Shown: positions 1 through 14,008 of the stretch, in pieces | Layout: the number at the start of each line of letters is the position of its first letter | Position numbering within the stretch: the first letter of the stretch is position 1 | DNA from: Candidatus Stammera capleta | Lineage (GTDB): Bacteria; Pseudomonadota; Gammaproteobacteria; Enterobacterales; Enterobacteriaceae | Assembly: GCA_036884345.1 (NCBI GenBank) | Contig: CP145602.1 | Coordinates: forward strand, 35,394 to 99,393 | Direction: 5' to 3' | DNA: 64,000 nucleotides | The notes under the pieces: model-generated | The model's input: only the letters and a program-made list of their open reading frames with translations | The model's database searches: none | Told to the model about the DNA's origin: nothing | Made by a program: the position numbers and the translations under genes

Positions 1-629
1 GACATGATCCTGGTGCTATAGGTATAAATGGAACTAAAGAAAAAGATATTAATTTATTAATATCTAAAAAATTATTTAGTCTTTTAAGTTTAAATAAAAA
101 ATTTAAAGTTTTTTTAATTAGAAATAAAGATAATTATGTTTCATTGAAAGATCGTTTACGTATAGTACGTATTAAAAATGCAAATTTATTTTTATCTATA
201 CATGTAAATTCTATTTATAATAATAAATATATAAAAGGTGCTTCTATTTGATTATTAGAAGTATTAAAAAAATATAAATATATAAATAGAGAAAAATTTT
301 TAAAATTAAATAAAAATAATAATTTGAAATTAAATTATTTATTTTTTGATTTAAATAAAAGAGTAAGTCAATTAAATTTTTATTTAGCGTCTGAAATATT
401 AAATAAATTTCGTAATACTGTTATATTACATAAAAATTATTTACAGTATGCAGATTTATTTATATTATCTTTATTTTATATACCTTCAATACTTATTGAA
501 GTTGGTTATATTAGTAATCCTATAGAGGAAAAAAAATTAATTAATAAATTTTATCAATATAAAATAGCTAAATATATTTATTTAGGTATAGAAAATTTTA
601 CAAATAATATTTGTATGTTAAAATATTAG
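1..629 (+). CDS. amiB: N-acetylmuramoyl-L-alanine amidase, C-terminal part (5' end outside window)
   Basis: Frame 3 is open from the window edge. Amidase_3 motifs HDPGAIG, LFLSIHVNS and EVGYISNPIEE are present. In-frame TGA 249-251 aligns with the Trp of AmiB GASVWVLS. The gene sits upstream of mutL as in E. coli. Confidence 0.8.
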
Positions 630-638
630 GTAAAAAAA

Positions 639-2273
639 ATGAATATAAAATTTTTACCTGAAAAAACTATAAGAAAAATTACTACTGGTGAATTAATAAA
701 TAGTAGTTATGATGTTATAAAAGAATTATTAGAAAATAGTTTAGATGCTGGTTCTTTAAATATTAAAATTGAAATATTAAACAATGGTTTAGATTTAATT
801 AGAATTATAGATGATGGTATTGGTATAAAAAAAAATGATTTGTTTAAAAGTATTCAAAAATATACAACTAGTAAAATTTTTTTTTCAAATGATTTATTTA
901 AAATTAATAGTTATGGTTTTAGAGGTATGGCATTATCTTGTATAAGTTCTATATCTAATTTTAGTATTTCATCTAAATATAAATATAGTAATGTTAATTA
1001 TGGTTGGTTGTTATTTAATAAAAAAAATAAATTTTTATCTTTTAATATAAAACCGATATTTCATAATATTGGTACTATAGTAAGTATTAAAAATATACTT
1101 TTCAATGATTTTAATAAAAAAAAAAATTTTTATTTTTTAAATAAAAATGAATGATTTTATATTAAAAAAATATTTAATTATTTTTCTTTATCTAATTATA
1201 GAATTAATTTTTCTATTTATAAAGAAAATTTATTATATAAAAAATATATAAATAAATTTTATGATGATAAAAATAGTATATTAGATAGAATGATATGTAT
1301 ATATGGAAAAAATAAAATTAAAGATTATAGATATATATGTATATATGATAAGTATATTTCTTTTAAAGGATATATATTAAAAAATAATAAAAATATTAAG
1401 ATTATTTTTTTAAATAATAGAATTATATCTGTAAAAAATTTATTATATATATTAATAAATAATTTTTTTTTTGATTTGTGAGGTAAAGATTTTTTTTTTT
1501 CTTATGTATTATATTTTAAAATTTCTAGTAAAAATATTAATATAAATATATGTCCTGATAAAAGTAAAATAAATTTTTTAAATCCTTCTTTATTATTTAA
1601 TAAAATATATAAAAAATTGTCTTTAATATTTTTTAAAGAAAAAAATATATATAAAGAAAAAAAAAAAATAAATAAATTATGTTTAAATAATTATTTAAAT
1701 TATTTTTTATTATATTTTGGTAATATTATAAATATTTTAAATGAACGTTTTGTTTTTTCTGTTTTAAATTCTATATTAGTAATTACGGATTTATTATTTG
1801 TTTTTTATTATATGAATATTTTAATATTTAAAAAAAAATATTTTTTTTTGGTAAAAATTAAAAAAATAAGTGAATTTAAAATATTTTTATCTAAAGATTT
1901 TTTTTTAAATAAAAATAAAATTTTTTTTTTTTTAAATAATTTAGGTATTAAAATATCTTATAAAAAAAATTATTTTTTAATTACTAGTATTCCTATAGAA
2001 TTATTTAATTTAAATTTAAAAATTTTTTTTTTATCTTTTTTAAATTTTTTAAAAAAAAATGAAAAAAAAAAATTTTTTTTAGAATTTACAATTTATTGAT
2101 TATCTAATTATATTATTATTAATAAAGGATGAAATAAATTTAATATTATAAAATTAATATGTAGATTTCATAGTTTATATATTAAATTAAATTTTTGTTT
2201 TAAAAAAAAAATTTTTTATTTTTTAAATTTTAATAAAATATTTTTATATTTTAATAATGAAATATGATCATAA
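639..2273 (+). CDS. mutL: DNA mismatch repair protein MutL
   Basis: Track ORFs 639-1154, 1290-1481 and 1617-2099 share one frame and are joined only by TGA. Motifs ELLENSLDAG, DDGIGI and YGFRG are present, and ININICPDKSKINF resembles VDVNVHPAK. I checked by hand that the gaps contain no TAA/TAG. The gene ends at TAA 2271-2273. Confidence 0.85.
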
Positions 2274-3214
2274 AAAGAAGTATACCTAAAATTTTTTGTA
2301 TATTGGGGCCTACAGGAATAGGAAAAAGTTATATAGCTATGCAATTATGTAAAATTCTTCCTATAGAATTAATTAGTGTTGATTCTGGTTTAATTTATAA
2401 AGATTTAAATATAGGTACAGCTAAACCTAACAATTTAGAATTAAAATATTTTCCTCATAGATTAATTAATATTATTAATCCTGAAGAATATTATTCTGTA
2501 AAAAAATTTTTTATAGATTTAATTTATGAATTAAATGATATTATTTATATTAAAAAAAAAATACCTTTATTAGTTGGTGGAACTATGATGTATTTTAATA
2601 TTATATTTAATGGATTATATTTATTACCTGATCCTAATTATAAAATACGTTTTTATATAGAAAATTTATTGAATAATTTTGGTATTAAATATATTTTTAA
2701 TATATTAAAAAATGTTGATATTAATTCATCAAAAAAAATTCATTGAAATGATAAATATAGAATTATAAGAAATTTAGAGGTTTTTTTTACTACAAAAAAA
2801 AATGTTTCTTTTTTTAAAAATATACAAAAAGTAAATTTAAATTTTAAAATATATAAAATTATAATATTACCTAAAAATAAAAATAAATTATTTGAAATAA
2901 TAGTTGATAGATTTTATAAAATGTTGTCTATGGGTTTAGAAGATGAAGTATATAATTTATATATACGTAATAATTTAAATATTAATAAACCTTCAATAAA
3001 ATGTATTGGTTATAAACAAATGTGATTATATATTGATAGAAAAATTTCTTATTTAAAAATGATTAAAGATACTGTTAATAGTACTTTTAATTTAGTTAAA
3101 AAACAATTAACTTGATTAAATAGATGATCAAGTGATTTAAAAATTATTAATGATAGTAATTATATAAATAAAATTAGTGAAATTTCTAATTTTATTGTTA
3201 ATTTAATTAATTAG
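2264..3214 (+). CDS. miaA: tRNA dimethylallyltransferase (i6A37)
   Basis: P-loop GPTGIGKS. IHW(TGA)NDKYRIIRNLEVF matches the MiaA D.qRi.RaLEv motif, and LTW/NRW are encoded by TGA. The gene ends at TAG 3212-3214 and overlaps the mutL end by 10 nt. Confidence 0.9.
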
Positions 3215-3225
3215 AGGATAATTAT

Positions 3226-4512
3226 TTGATAAATAAAAATAATGTTTTAGCTATTTTTATATATTTTAATAAGTTAAATATAATTGAAAAAAAAGAATTT
3301 AAAAAATTAATTTTTTCTGCTGGTTATAATATAGGTAAGTTATTATATGTTAATATAAGATATCCAAATAGAAAATTTTTTTTTGGTTTAGGTAAACTAA
3401 AGGAAATTATTTTTTTTGTTAAAAAATTTTTTTTTAAAAAAATATTTATTAATTTAGTATTAAAAAGTACACAAGAATATAATTTAAAAAAAAAAACAAA
3501 ATGTTCTATTATAAATAGAACTTATATAATACTAAATATTTTTAAAAAAAGAGCAAATACCAATTATGGTAAATTACAAGTAAAATTAGCTTATTTAAAT
3601 TATTTAAGTACTAGATTAGTAAGAAGATGAAGACATTTAGAACGTCAGAAAGGTGGAATAAAATATATATCAGGTCCTGGAGAAAAACAAATTGAAATAG
3701 ATAGGAGAATAATTAAAAAAAAAATTAGTTTAATTTCTAAAAATATTAAAAAAATTTCTAATCAAAAAAATAAAAATACTCAATTTCGTAATAAACATAA
3801 TGTACCTATTATTTCTTTAGTTGGTTATACTAATTCTGGTAAATCAACTTTATTTAATTTATTAACTAATTCTAATTTTTATTATAAAAAAGGTTTTTTT
3901 TCTACTTTAGATACATATATAAGAAAAATTAGTAAATTTAAATTTAGTAGTAATGTTTTACTTTCTGATACAATTGGTTTTATAAGAGACTTACCTTCTA
4001 GTATTAAATCTGCTTTTAAAAGTACTTTAAATGAAATTTCTTATTCACAGTTAATTTTACATATTATAGATTCTTCTAATTTATATTTTTTAGATTATAT
4101 TAATATAGTTAATTCTGTTTTAAAAGATATTAATATTTATAATGTTCCTGTTATTCAAATAATGAATAAAATAGATAAATTAAAAAATTTTAGTGTTAAA
4201 TTGGATATTAATAATTTAAATTTACCATTTAGAATATGAATTTCTGCTAAAAAAGAAATGGGAATAAATTTTATATATAATATAATTAATTTTTATTTAT
4301 TTTCTAAAAAAATAAAAACTACTATTTGTGTTCCTTTAAAAATTTCATTTTTTTTAAGAAATATTTTATATAGTAATAATATTGTATTAAAAGAATGAAG
4401 TAATAATGGTAAAAAATATTATTTTGATATTTTATCTCCTAAAATTTTATTTTTATCTATTTTAAAAAAATATTGTTTTTTAAAAAAATATTTAGGTAAT
4501 TTTCATGAATAA
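3226..4512 (+). CDS. hflX: GTPase HflX
   Basis: TTG start. LVRRW(TGA)RHLERQKGGIKYISGPGEKQIEIDRR matches the HflX signature. G1 is GYTNSGKST, G3 is DTIGF and G4 is NKID. The gene ends at TAA 4510-4512. Confidence 0.9.
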
Positions 4513-5257
4513 AAAAGAAAAATATTTTTATGGTTTTAGAACTGTTAAAAATTTAATTGAATTTAAATTTAATTATATAAAAAAAATATTTTTAACTAAT
4601 TTTCATAATAAAAAATATACATATTTATTAAATTTAATAAAAATTAAAAATATTCCTTATAAAAAAGTTCATAAAAATTTTTTTAAAAAATTTCATTTAT
4701 TTAATCATCAAGGTATAATTGCATTAGTAAAAAAAAAAAAAATGTTTTGTAATGATATTAATAATCTTTTAGAATTAATTAAAAAAAAAAAAAAACATTT
4801 TTTTTTAATTTTAGATAGTATTAATAACCCTAATAATTTAGGTTCTTGTATTAGAACTGCTGTAGCTGCTAATATAGATGCTATTATAATAACTAATTAT
4901 AATACAGTTTCTATAGATAATAATATTGTACATAAAGTATCTATGGGATCTATTTATAAAATTTTTATTATTATTATTAATAATATTAATAATATAATAA
5001 CTTTATTAAATAAATATAATTTTTTTTTATTATGTACTGATTTAAATTCTAAAAATTCTATTTATAAATTTAATTTTAATAATTATAATTCTATAGCTTT
5101 AATATTAGGTTCTGAAAATAAAGGAGTAAAAAAAAAAATAAAAGAAAAATGTAATTTTTTATTTAAAATACCAATTAAAAATATTAATTCATTAAATGTT
5201 TCAGTTTCTAATGGAATAATAATTTTTGAAATTTTACGTCAAATTAATAATTTATAA
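4505..5257 (+). CDS. rlmB: SpoU/TrmH-family 23S rRNA 2'-O-methyltransferase
   Basis: Track ORF of 250 aa. SpoU motifs NPNNLGSCIRTA, LILGSENKGV and IPIKNINSLNVSVS are present. The rlmB assignment rests on family membership plus E. coli neighbourhood logic. Confidence 0.75.
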   Translation: MNKKEKYFYGFRTVKNLIEFKFNYIKKIFLTNFHNKKYTYLLNLIKIKNIPYKKVHKNFFKKFHLFNHQGIIALVKKKKMFCNDINNLLELIKKKKKHFFLILDSINNPNNLGSCIRTAVAANIDAIIITNYNTVSIDNNIVHKVSMGSIYKIFIIIINNINNIITLLNKYNFFLLCTDLNSKNSIYKFNFNNYNSIALILGSENKGVKKKIKEKCNFLFKIPIKNINSLNVSVSNGIIIFEILRQINNL

Positions 5258-6187
5258 TATTTCTCCAGGAATAAATAGGTTTGGTTTAGAATTAATTAAT
5301 TCTGATATTTTAATTTTTTTACGATTGTTTAATTGTATTTTTTTAATTTTTAAAATATAAGATTTTTTTGTAAATATATTTAAATTTTTTTTATTGTATT
5401 TAATTATTTGTCCTGGTATATATTTTTTATTTTTTATTTTTTTTATTTTTATAGATCATATAAATATAATATATTTTTTATAATAAAAAAAAGTTTTTGG
5501 TCATATATAAAAAGCTTTTATTTTTCTTTCTATTTTTAAAGCTGTATCTTTGTTTCAATTTATTAATCCTTCTTTTTTTTTTATTTTTTTTGCATAAGTT
5601 ATATATTTTTTATTTTGTTTTTTTTCTATATATTTTTTATTTATAAAATTTTTTAATACTTTTGGTAAATATTTAGAACCCATTTTTTTAAGTTTTTTAT
5701 ATAATTTTGGATATGTATATTTATTTTTAATAATACATTTTTTTTGATATATTATTTTACCAGAATCTATAAATTTATTAATTTTTATAAATGTTATTCC
5801 AGAATATTTATCTCCGTAAAGAATACTTTTTTGTATTGGTGATGATCCTCTTCATCTAGGTAATAATGATGCATGTATATTAATACAACCAAATTGAGGA
5901 ATATTAATTATTTCTTTAGGTAATATTAATCCATATGCTACTATTAATATAATATTTACATTTAGTAAATTTATTTTTTTTTTAATTTTTTTTAATTCTT
6001 TAATATTTTTAGGTTCAAAAATATTTATATTGTTTTTTTTAGCTATTTTTTTAACTGGATTATTTTTTTTTGTTTTTTTAGTTACTACTCCAACTATTTT
6101 ATATTTTTTTTTTTTAATGATATTTTTTAATTGATAAGAAGCAAATTCTGGTGTACCAAAAAATAATATATTTTTTTTTTTTTTCAT
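5252..6187 (-). CDS. fmt: methionyl-tRNA formyltransferase
   Basis: The N-terminal track ORF 5852-6187 continues through TGA: HASLLPRW(TGA)RGSSPIQ. The C-terminus [15 protein letters not shown] resembles E. coli LLNSRREWFVPGNRLV*. The stop is at 5252-5254. Confidence 0.9.
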
Positions 6188-6189
6188 TT

Positions 6190-6630
6190 TTATATATAAT
6201 CTACAAATAATATTCCTTTTGTATGATCTATTTCATGTTGTATACAAACTGAAAGTAATCCTTTTGATTTTAATGTTATTGTATTTCCATGTATATTTTT
6301 TGCTTGTATATGTAATTTATTATATCTTTTTATAAAATAAAAAAAATTTGGTATAGATAAACATCCTTCTTGTGTTTCTATAGATCCAGTTTTTTTAATT
6401 ATTTTAGGATTAATTAAAACTATTTTTTGTTTTTTTTTTTTTGTATCTATTATAATTATAGATTTATTTATATTAATTTGTATTGCTGCTAATCCAATTC
6501 CATTAAAATAATACATAGTTTTAAACATATATTTAATTATATTTTTTAATTTATTATTAAATTTTTTAACTTTTTTAGATTTTTGGCGTAATTTAGGATT
6601 AGGGTAAGTTATTATTCTAAAATTTGACAT
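6190..6630 (-). CDS. def: peptide deformylase
   Basis: Track ORF of 146 aa with motifs [15 protein letters not shown] and HEIDH. It lies directly upstream of fmt. Confidence 0.95.
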   Translation of the reverse strand: MSNFRIITYPNPKLRQKSKKVKKFNNKLKNIIKYMFKTMYYFNGIGLAAIQININKSIIIIDTKKKKQKIVLINPKIIKKTGSIETQEGCLSIPNFFYFIKRYNKLHIQAKNIHGNTITLKSKGLLSVCIQHEIDHTKGILFVDYI

Positions 6631-6642
6631 TTTTATATATTA

Positions 6643-6730
6643 TGCCCAAGGCGGGATTTGAACCCGCAAGATTATTAATATAATCGAGGGATTTTAAGTC
6701 CCTTGTGTCTACCAATTTCACCACTCGGGC
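6643..6730 (-). tRNA. leuZ: tRNA-Leu (anticodon UAA), long variable arm, no encoded CCA
   Basis: The reverse complement GCCCGAG-TG-GTGAAATTGGTAGACAC...AGGGA-CTTAAAA-TCCCT...GCGGG-TTCAAAT-CCCGC-CTTGGGC-A folds as a class II cloverleaf. Confidence 0.9.
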
Positions 6731-6748
6731 GTTTTTTTTTTTTAAATA

Positions 6749-6819
6749 AAGCGTGTCCCGGAATTGAACCGGGATTTATGGATTTGCAATCCATTGCATT
6801 ACCTTTCTGCCAACACGCT
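6749..6819 (-). tRNA. cysT: tRNA-Cys (anticodon GCA), no encoded CCA
   Basis: The reverse complement AGCGTGT...ATGGA-TTGCAAA-TCCAT-AAAT-CCCGG-TTCAATT-CCGGG-ACACGCT-T folds as a cloverleaf. The cysT-leuZ order is the same as in E. coli. Confidence 0.9.
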
Positions 6820-6865
6820 ATTGTATTATTATATAACATAATTAATATAAAAGTGATTTAATTTT

Positions 6866-6889
6866 AAATTAGAATTAAAATTCTAATTT
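6866..6889. repeat. 24-nt near-perfect palindrome (11 bp arms) in the cysT/rpsL divergent spacer
   Basis: AAATTAGAATT-AA-AATTCTAATTT. 11 of 12 positions pair, with a single G:C pair. Confidence 0.6.
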
Positions 6890-7017
6890 TTAAATATTGG
6901 TATAAATTATTAAAATGTAGTAATATATTAATTTAAAGTTTATATATTTTTTATTATTTAATTGATATATTTTGTTTTAATTTTTTAGTTTTTAAAATAT
7001 TATATTTAGGTAAATAA

Positions 7018-7392
7018 ATGTCTACTATTAATCAATTAGTACGTAAATCTAGAGTACGTAAAATATTTAAAAATAATGTACCTGCTTTAAATGGTTGTCC
7101 TCAAAAAAGAGGTGTGTGTATAAAAGTATATACTACTACACCTAAAAAACCTAATTCTGCTTTAAGAAAAGTTTGTAGAGTACGTTTAACAAATAACTTA
7201 GAGGTTACTGCTTATATTCCTGGAGAAGGTCATAATTTACAGGAACATTCTGTAGTTTTAATACGTGGTGGTAGAGTAAAAGATTTACCTGGAGTTCGTT
7301 ATCATGTTGTTAGAGGTACTTTGGATTGTTCTGGAGTAAAAGGTAGAAAGAAATCTCGTTCTAAGTATGGAGTTAAAAAAAAAAAAAATTAA
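7018..7392 (+). CDS. rpsL: 30S ribosomal protein S12
   Basis: Track ORF of 124 aa with near-identity to enterobacterial S12 ([10 protein letters not shown]...[18 protein letters not shown]). Confidence 0.98.
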   Translation: MSTINQLVRKSRVRKIFKNNVPALNGCPQKRGVCIKVYTTTPKKPNSALRKVCRVRLTNNLEVTAYIPGEGHNLQEHSVVLIRGGRVKDLPGVRYHVVRGTLDCSGVKGRKKSRSKYGVKKKKN

Positions 7393-7412
7393 TGATATTT
7401 TAGGAGATTTTT

Positions 7413-7883
7413 ATGTCACGTCGTAAAATTATAAGTAGTCGTACTATATTACCGGATTATATATATAACTCTAAATTAGTAGCAAAATTTATTAATTTAC
7501 TTATGTTTGATGGTAAAAAATCTATAGCTGAAAAAATTTTATATACTTCTTTATGTATATTAAAAAAAAAAATAAATAAATCTAAATTGGATTTATTAGA
7601 ATTAGCTATAGATAATGTTAAACCTATAGTAGAAGTTAAATCTCGTAGAGTTGGTGGTACTACTTATCAGATTCCTATAGAAGTAAGACCTAAAAGAGGT
7701 AATACTTTAGCTATACGTTGAATTATATTTTCAGCTAGAAAAAGATCTAAAGGAAAAATGTTTTTAAAATTATCTGATGAATTATTAGATGCAATTAATA
7801 AAAAAGGTTTTGCTGTTAAAAAACGTGATGAAACTCATCGTATAGCTGAATCTAATAAAGCATTTGCTCATTATAGGTGGTAA
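7413..7883 (+). CDS. rpsG: 30S ribosomal protein S7
   Basis: Track ORF 7413-7721 continues through TGA (AIRW). The C-terminus ...[12 protein letters not shown] matches E. coli S7. TAA is at 7881-7883. Confidence 0.97.
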
Positions 7884-7908
7884 TTTAATTTTTTAGGAAG
7901 ATAGATAT

Positions 7909-10032
<2,124 letters not shown>

Positions 10033-10075
10033 AAATAAATTTAAATTAAATTATTTAATTTTAGGAATGTAATTT

Positions 10076-11260
10076 ATGTCAAAAGAAAAATTTGAACGTT
10101 CTAAAATACATGTAAATGTTGGTACTATAGGTCATGTAGATCATGGTAAAACAACTTTAACTTCTGCTATTACTACTATATTAGCAGAAAAATATGGTGG
10201 TTTACCACGTGCTTTTGAACAAATAGATAATGCACCTGAAGAAAAAGCTAGAGGTATTACAATTAATACTTCTCATGTAGAATATGATACTTCTAAAAGA
10301 CATTATGCACATGTAGATTGTCCTGGACATGCTGATTATATTAAAAATATGATTACTGGTGCAGCACAAATGGATGGAGCTATTTTAGTAGTTGCTGCTA
10401 CTGATGGACCTATGCCTCAAACTAGAGAACATATTTTATTGGCACGTCAAGTAGGTGTACCATATATATTAGTATACTTAAATAAATGTGATATGGTAGA
10501 TGATATAGAATTATTAGAATTAGTAGAAATGGAGATAAAAGATGTTTTATCTCAATATAATTTTCCTGGTAATAATACTCCTATAATTAGAGGTTCTGCT
10601 TTAAAAGCTTTAGAAGGAGATACTAAATGAAAAAATAGTATTTTAAAATTAGCTGATTCTTTAGATAATTATATACCTAATCCAAAAAGAAATATTGATC
10701 AACCATTTTTATTACCTATTGAAGATATTTTTTCTATTTCTGGTAGAGGTACTGTGGTTACAGGTAGAATAGATCAAGGTTTAGTTAAAATTGGTGATGA
10801 AGTAGAAATAGTTGGTATAAAGGGTACTAAAAAATCTATATGTACTGGTATAGAAATGTTTCGTAAATTACTTGATGAAGGTAGAGCTGGAGAAAATGTT
10901 GGTATTTTATTAAGAGGAATTAAAAGAGAAGATATAGAAAGAGGTCAAGTTTTAGCAAAACCTGGAAGTATAAATCCTCATACTAATTTTGAATCTGAAG
11001 TTTATGTTTTATCTAAAGAGGAGGGTGGTAGACATACACCTTTTTTAAATGGTTATCGTCCTCAATTTTATTTTAGAACTACTGATGTTACAGGTACTAT
11101 TGAATTACCTAAAGGTATAGAAATGGTTATACCTGGAGATAATGTTAAAATTTTAGTAAAATTATTTAGTCCTATAGCTATGGATGAAGGATTAAGATTT
11201 GCTATTAGGGAAGGTGGTCGTACAGTTGGAGCAGGAATAGTTAGTAAAATTTTATCTTAG
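10076..11260 (+). CDS. tuf: elongation factor Tu
   Basis: Track ORFs 10076-10630 and 10754-11260 are in one frame. TGA 10628-10630 lies at the conserved Trp of ALEGDxxW. 394 aa. Confidence 0.98.
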
Positions 11261-11288
11261 ATAATATTTTAATTTAGTAGGTTATAAA

Positions 11289-11600
11289 ATGATAAATCAA
11301 AGAATTAGAATTAAGTTAAAAGCTTTTGATCATCGTTTAATAGATATATCTACTTTGGAAATTGTAGAAACTGCTAAAAGAACTGGTGCACAAGTTAGAG
11401 GTCCTATACCTTTACCTACTTCTATTGAACGTTTTACTATTTTGATTTCTCCTCATGTTGATAAAGATGCTAGAGATCAGTATGAAATTAGAACTCATAA
11501 ACGTTTAATAGATATTGTTAAACCTACTGAAAGAACTGTAGATGCACTTATGAAATTAAATTTAGCTTCTGGAGTTGATGTTCAAATAAGTTTAGGTTAA
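11289..11600 (+). CDS. rpsJ: 30S ribosomal protein S10
   Basis: Track ORF of 103 aa, strongly conserved S10. Confidence 0.97.
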   Translation: MINQRIRIKLKAFDHRLIDISTLEIVETAKRTGAQVRGPIPLPTSIERFTILISPHVDKDARDQYEIRTHKRLIDIVKPTERTVDALMKLNLASGVDVQISLG

Positions 11601-11606
11601 TATTTT

Positions 11607-12230
11607 ATGATTGTATTAATTGGTAATAAAGTTGGTATGACAAAAATATTTAATAGTAATGGTTTGTCATTTGCTGTTACTTTAATAGAAATTAAAGATA
11701 ATATAATAACTTGTATTAAAAAGGAAAATAATAAATATATTACTCAAGTTACAACTGGTTTAATAAATATTAATAAATTAAATAAGTCTCAATTAATTTT
11801 TTATAAAAAAATTAATGTTAATCCAGGTATAGGTTTATGAGAAATACCTTATTTAAAGAAAATACATTTACATGTAGGTCAATCTTTAAAAATTAATTTA
11901 TTTAAAAATATTAAAAAAGTTGATGTTGTAGGTATTTCTAAAGGAAAAGGTTTTTCTGGTACTGTTAAAAGATGAAATTTTCGTTCTCAAGATAAAACTC
12001 ATGGTAATTCTTTATCTCATAGAGTACCTGGTTCTATAGGTCAAAATCAAACTCCTGGAAAAGTATTTAAAGGTAAAAAAATGTGTGGTCATTTAGGTAA
12101 TGTAAGAAATACTATACAAAATTTAAAAATATATAAAATATATAGTAAAAAAAATATTTTATTAGTTAGTGGTTCTGTACCTGGATATAATGGTAGTAAA
12201 TTAATTATAAAATCATCAATTAAAGGATAA
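11607..12230 (+). CDS. rplC: 50S ribosomal protein L3
   Basis: Track ORF 11607-11840 is extended through TGA (GLWEIPY; [16 protein letters not shown]). TAA is at 12228-12230. 207 aa. Confidence 0.93.
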
Positions 12231-12240
12231 TAGAATTTTT

Positions 12241-12843
12241 ATGGTTAATATTTTATTAAAAGATTCTGGAGAAAAAATTATTTTATCTGATAATATTTTT
12301 AAAATTAATTTTAATATGAATTTGTTACATCAAGTAATTACTTTGTATAGAAATAATATTCGTAAAGGTAATGTTTCTCAAAAATCTAGATCAGATGTTT
12401 CTGGTTCTAATAAAAAACCTTGGAGACAAAAAGGTACTGGTAGAGCTAGAGCAGGATCTGTTAAAAGTCCTATATGACGTTCTGGAGGTGTAACATTTGC
12501 TAAAAAACCTAAAAAATATTTTTCAAAGATAAATAAAAAAGTTTATAAAAAAGCTTTTAAAATTATTTTATCTCGTTTATATTTTGAATCTAGATTACAT
12601 GTTGTAAGTAATTTAAACATTATCTATCCTAAAACTAAATTTTTTTTAAAAAAAATTAATTTTTTTAATTTTGATAAATTATTAATTGTTGTTAAAAAAT
12701 TAAGTAAAAATTTAGTTTTATCTTCTCGTAATTTGTATAATGTTAAGGTTTGTAATGTTAATAATATTAATATTATTGATTTTATAAATTTTAAAGATTT
12801 TATATTTACTATAGATTCTATAAAAATTTTAGAGGATAAATTA
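12241..12843 (+). CDS. rplD: 50S ribosomal protein L4
   Basis: Track ORF 12241-12477 is extended through TGA ([27 protein letters not shown]). By hand count the stop is TAA 12841-12843. The end could be 12849 if my count there is off by one base. Confidence 0.9.
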
Positions 12844-12848
12844 AGTTA

Positions 12849-13154
12849 ATGAATATTAAATTAAATAATTATAATTTTTTAAAAAAAACTTATTTTTCTG
12901 AAAAATCTCGTTGTATTTTAAAAAAAAATAAAACTTTAGTATTTAAAGTTTGTGATAATATTAATAAAATTGAATTATCTTCAGTTATAGAAAAATTATT
13001 TAAGTTAAAGGTTAAAAAAATTAGAACTTTATGAATTAAAAAAAAAAAAAAAAAAAATAAAAATGGTTTTTATGGTTATACTAAAGCATGGAAAAAAGTT
13101 TATGTTATTTTAAAAAAAAATCAAGATTTTGAGATTAATAATTTATTAAAATAA
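12849..13154 (+). CDS. rplW: 50S ribosomal protein L23
   Basis: Track ORF 12849-13034 is extended through TGA. The C-terminus GYTKAWKKVYVILKKNQ resembles E. coli DWKKAYVTLKEGQ. The gene contains an A20 run. TAA is at 13152-13154. Confidence 0.9.
13038..13057 (+). repeat. A20 homopolymer inside rplW (poly-Lys)
   Basis: Counted directly: 20 consecutive A, read in frame as KKKKKK. Confidence 0.9.
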
Positions 13155-13169
13155 TTTATAGGTTTTATT

Positions 13170-13991
<822 letters not shown>

Positions 13992-14008
13992 TTTAGGTAA
14001 TTATTAAA

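Noticed and set aside
12841-12910. An apparent 1-nt inconsistency between my hand count (ATG at 12848, six A at 12900-12905, which would imply a frameshift in rplW) and the track ORF 12849-13034, which is a single frame.
   Set aside because: The track was computed from the sequence and gives an uninterrupted L23 N-terminus, so I attribute the discrepancy to my own counting. It only adds uncertainty to the rplD stop (12843 vs 12849). It is worth a mechanical re-check because a genuine frameshift at an A-run would be interesting.
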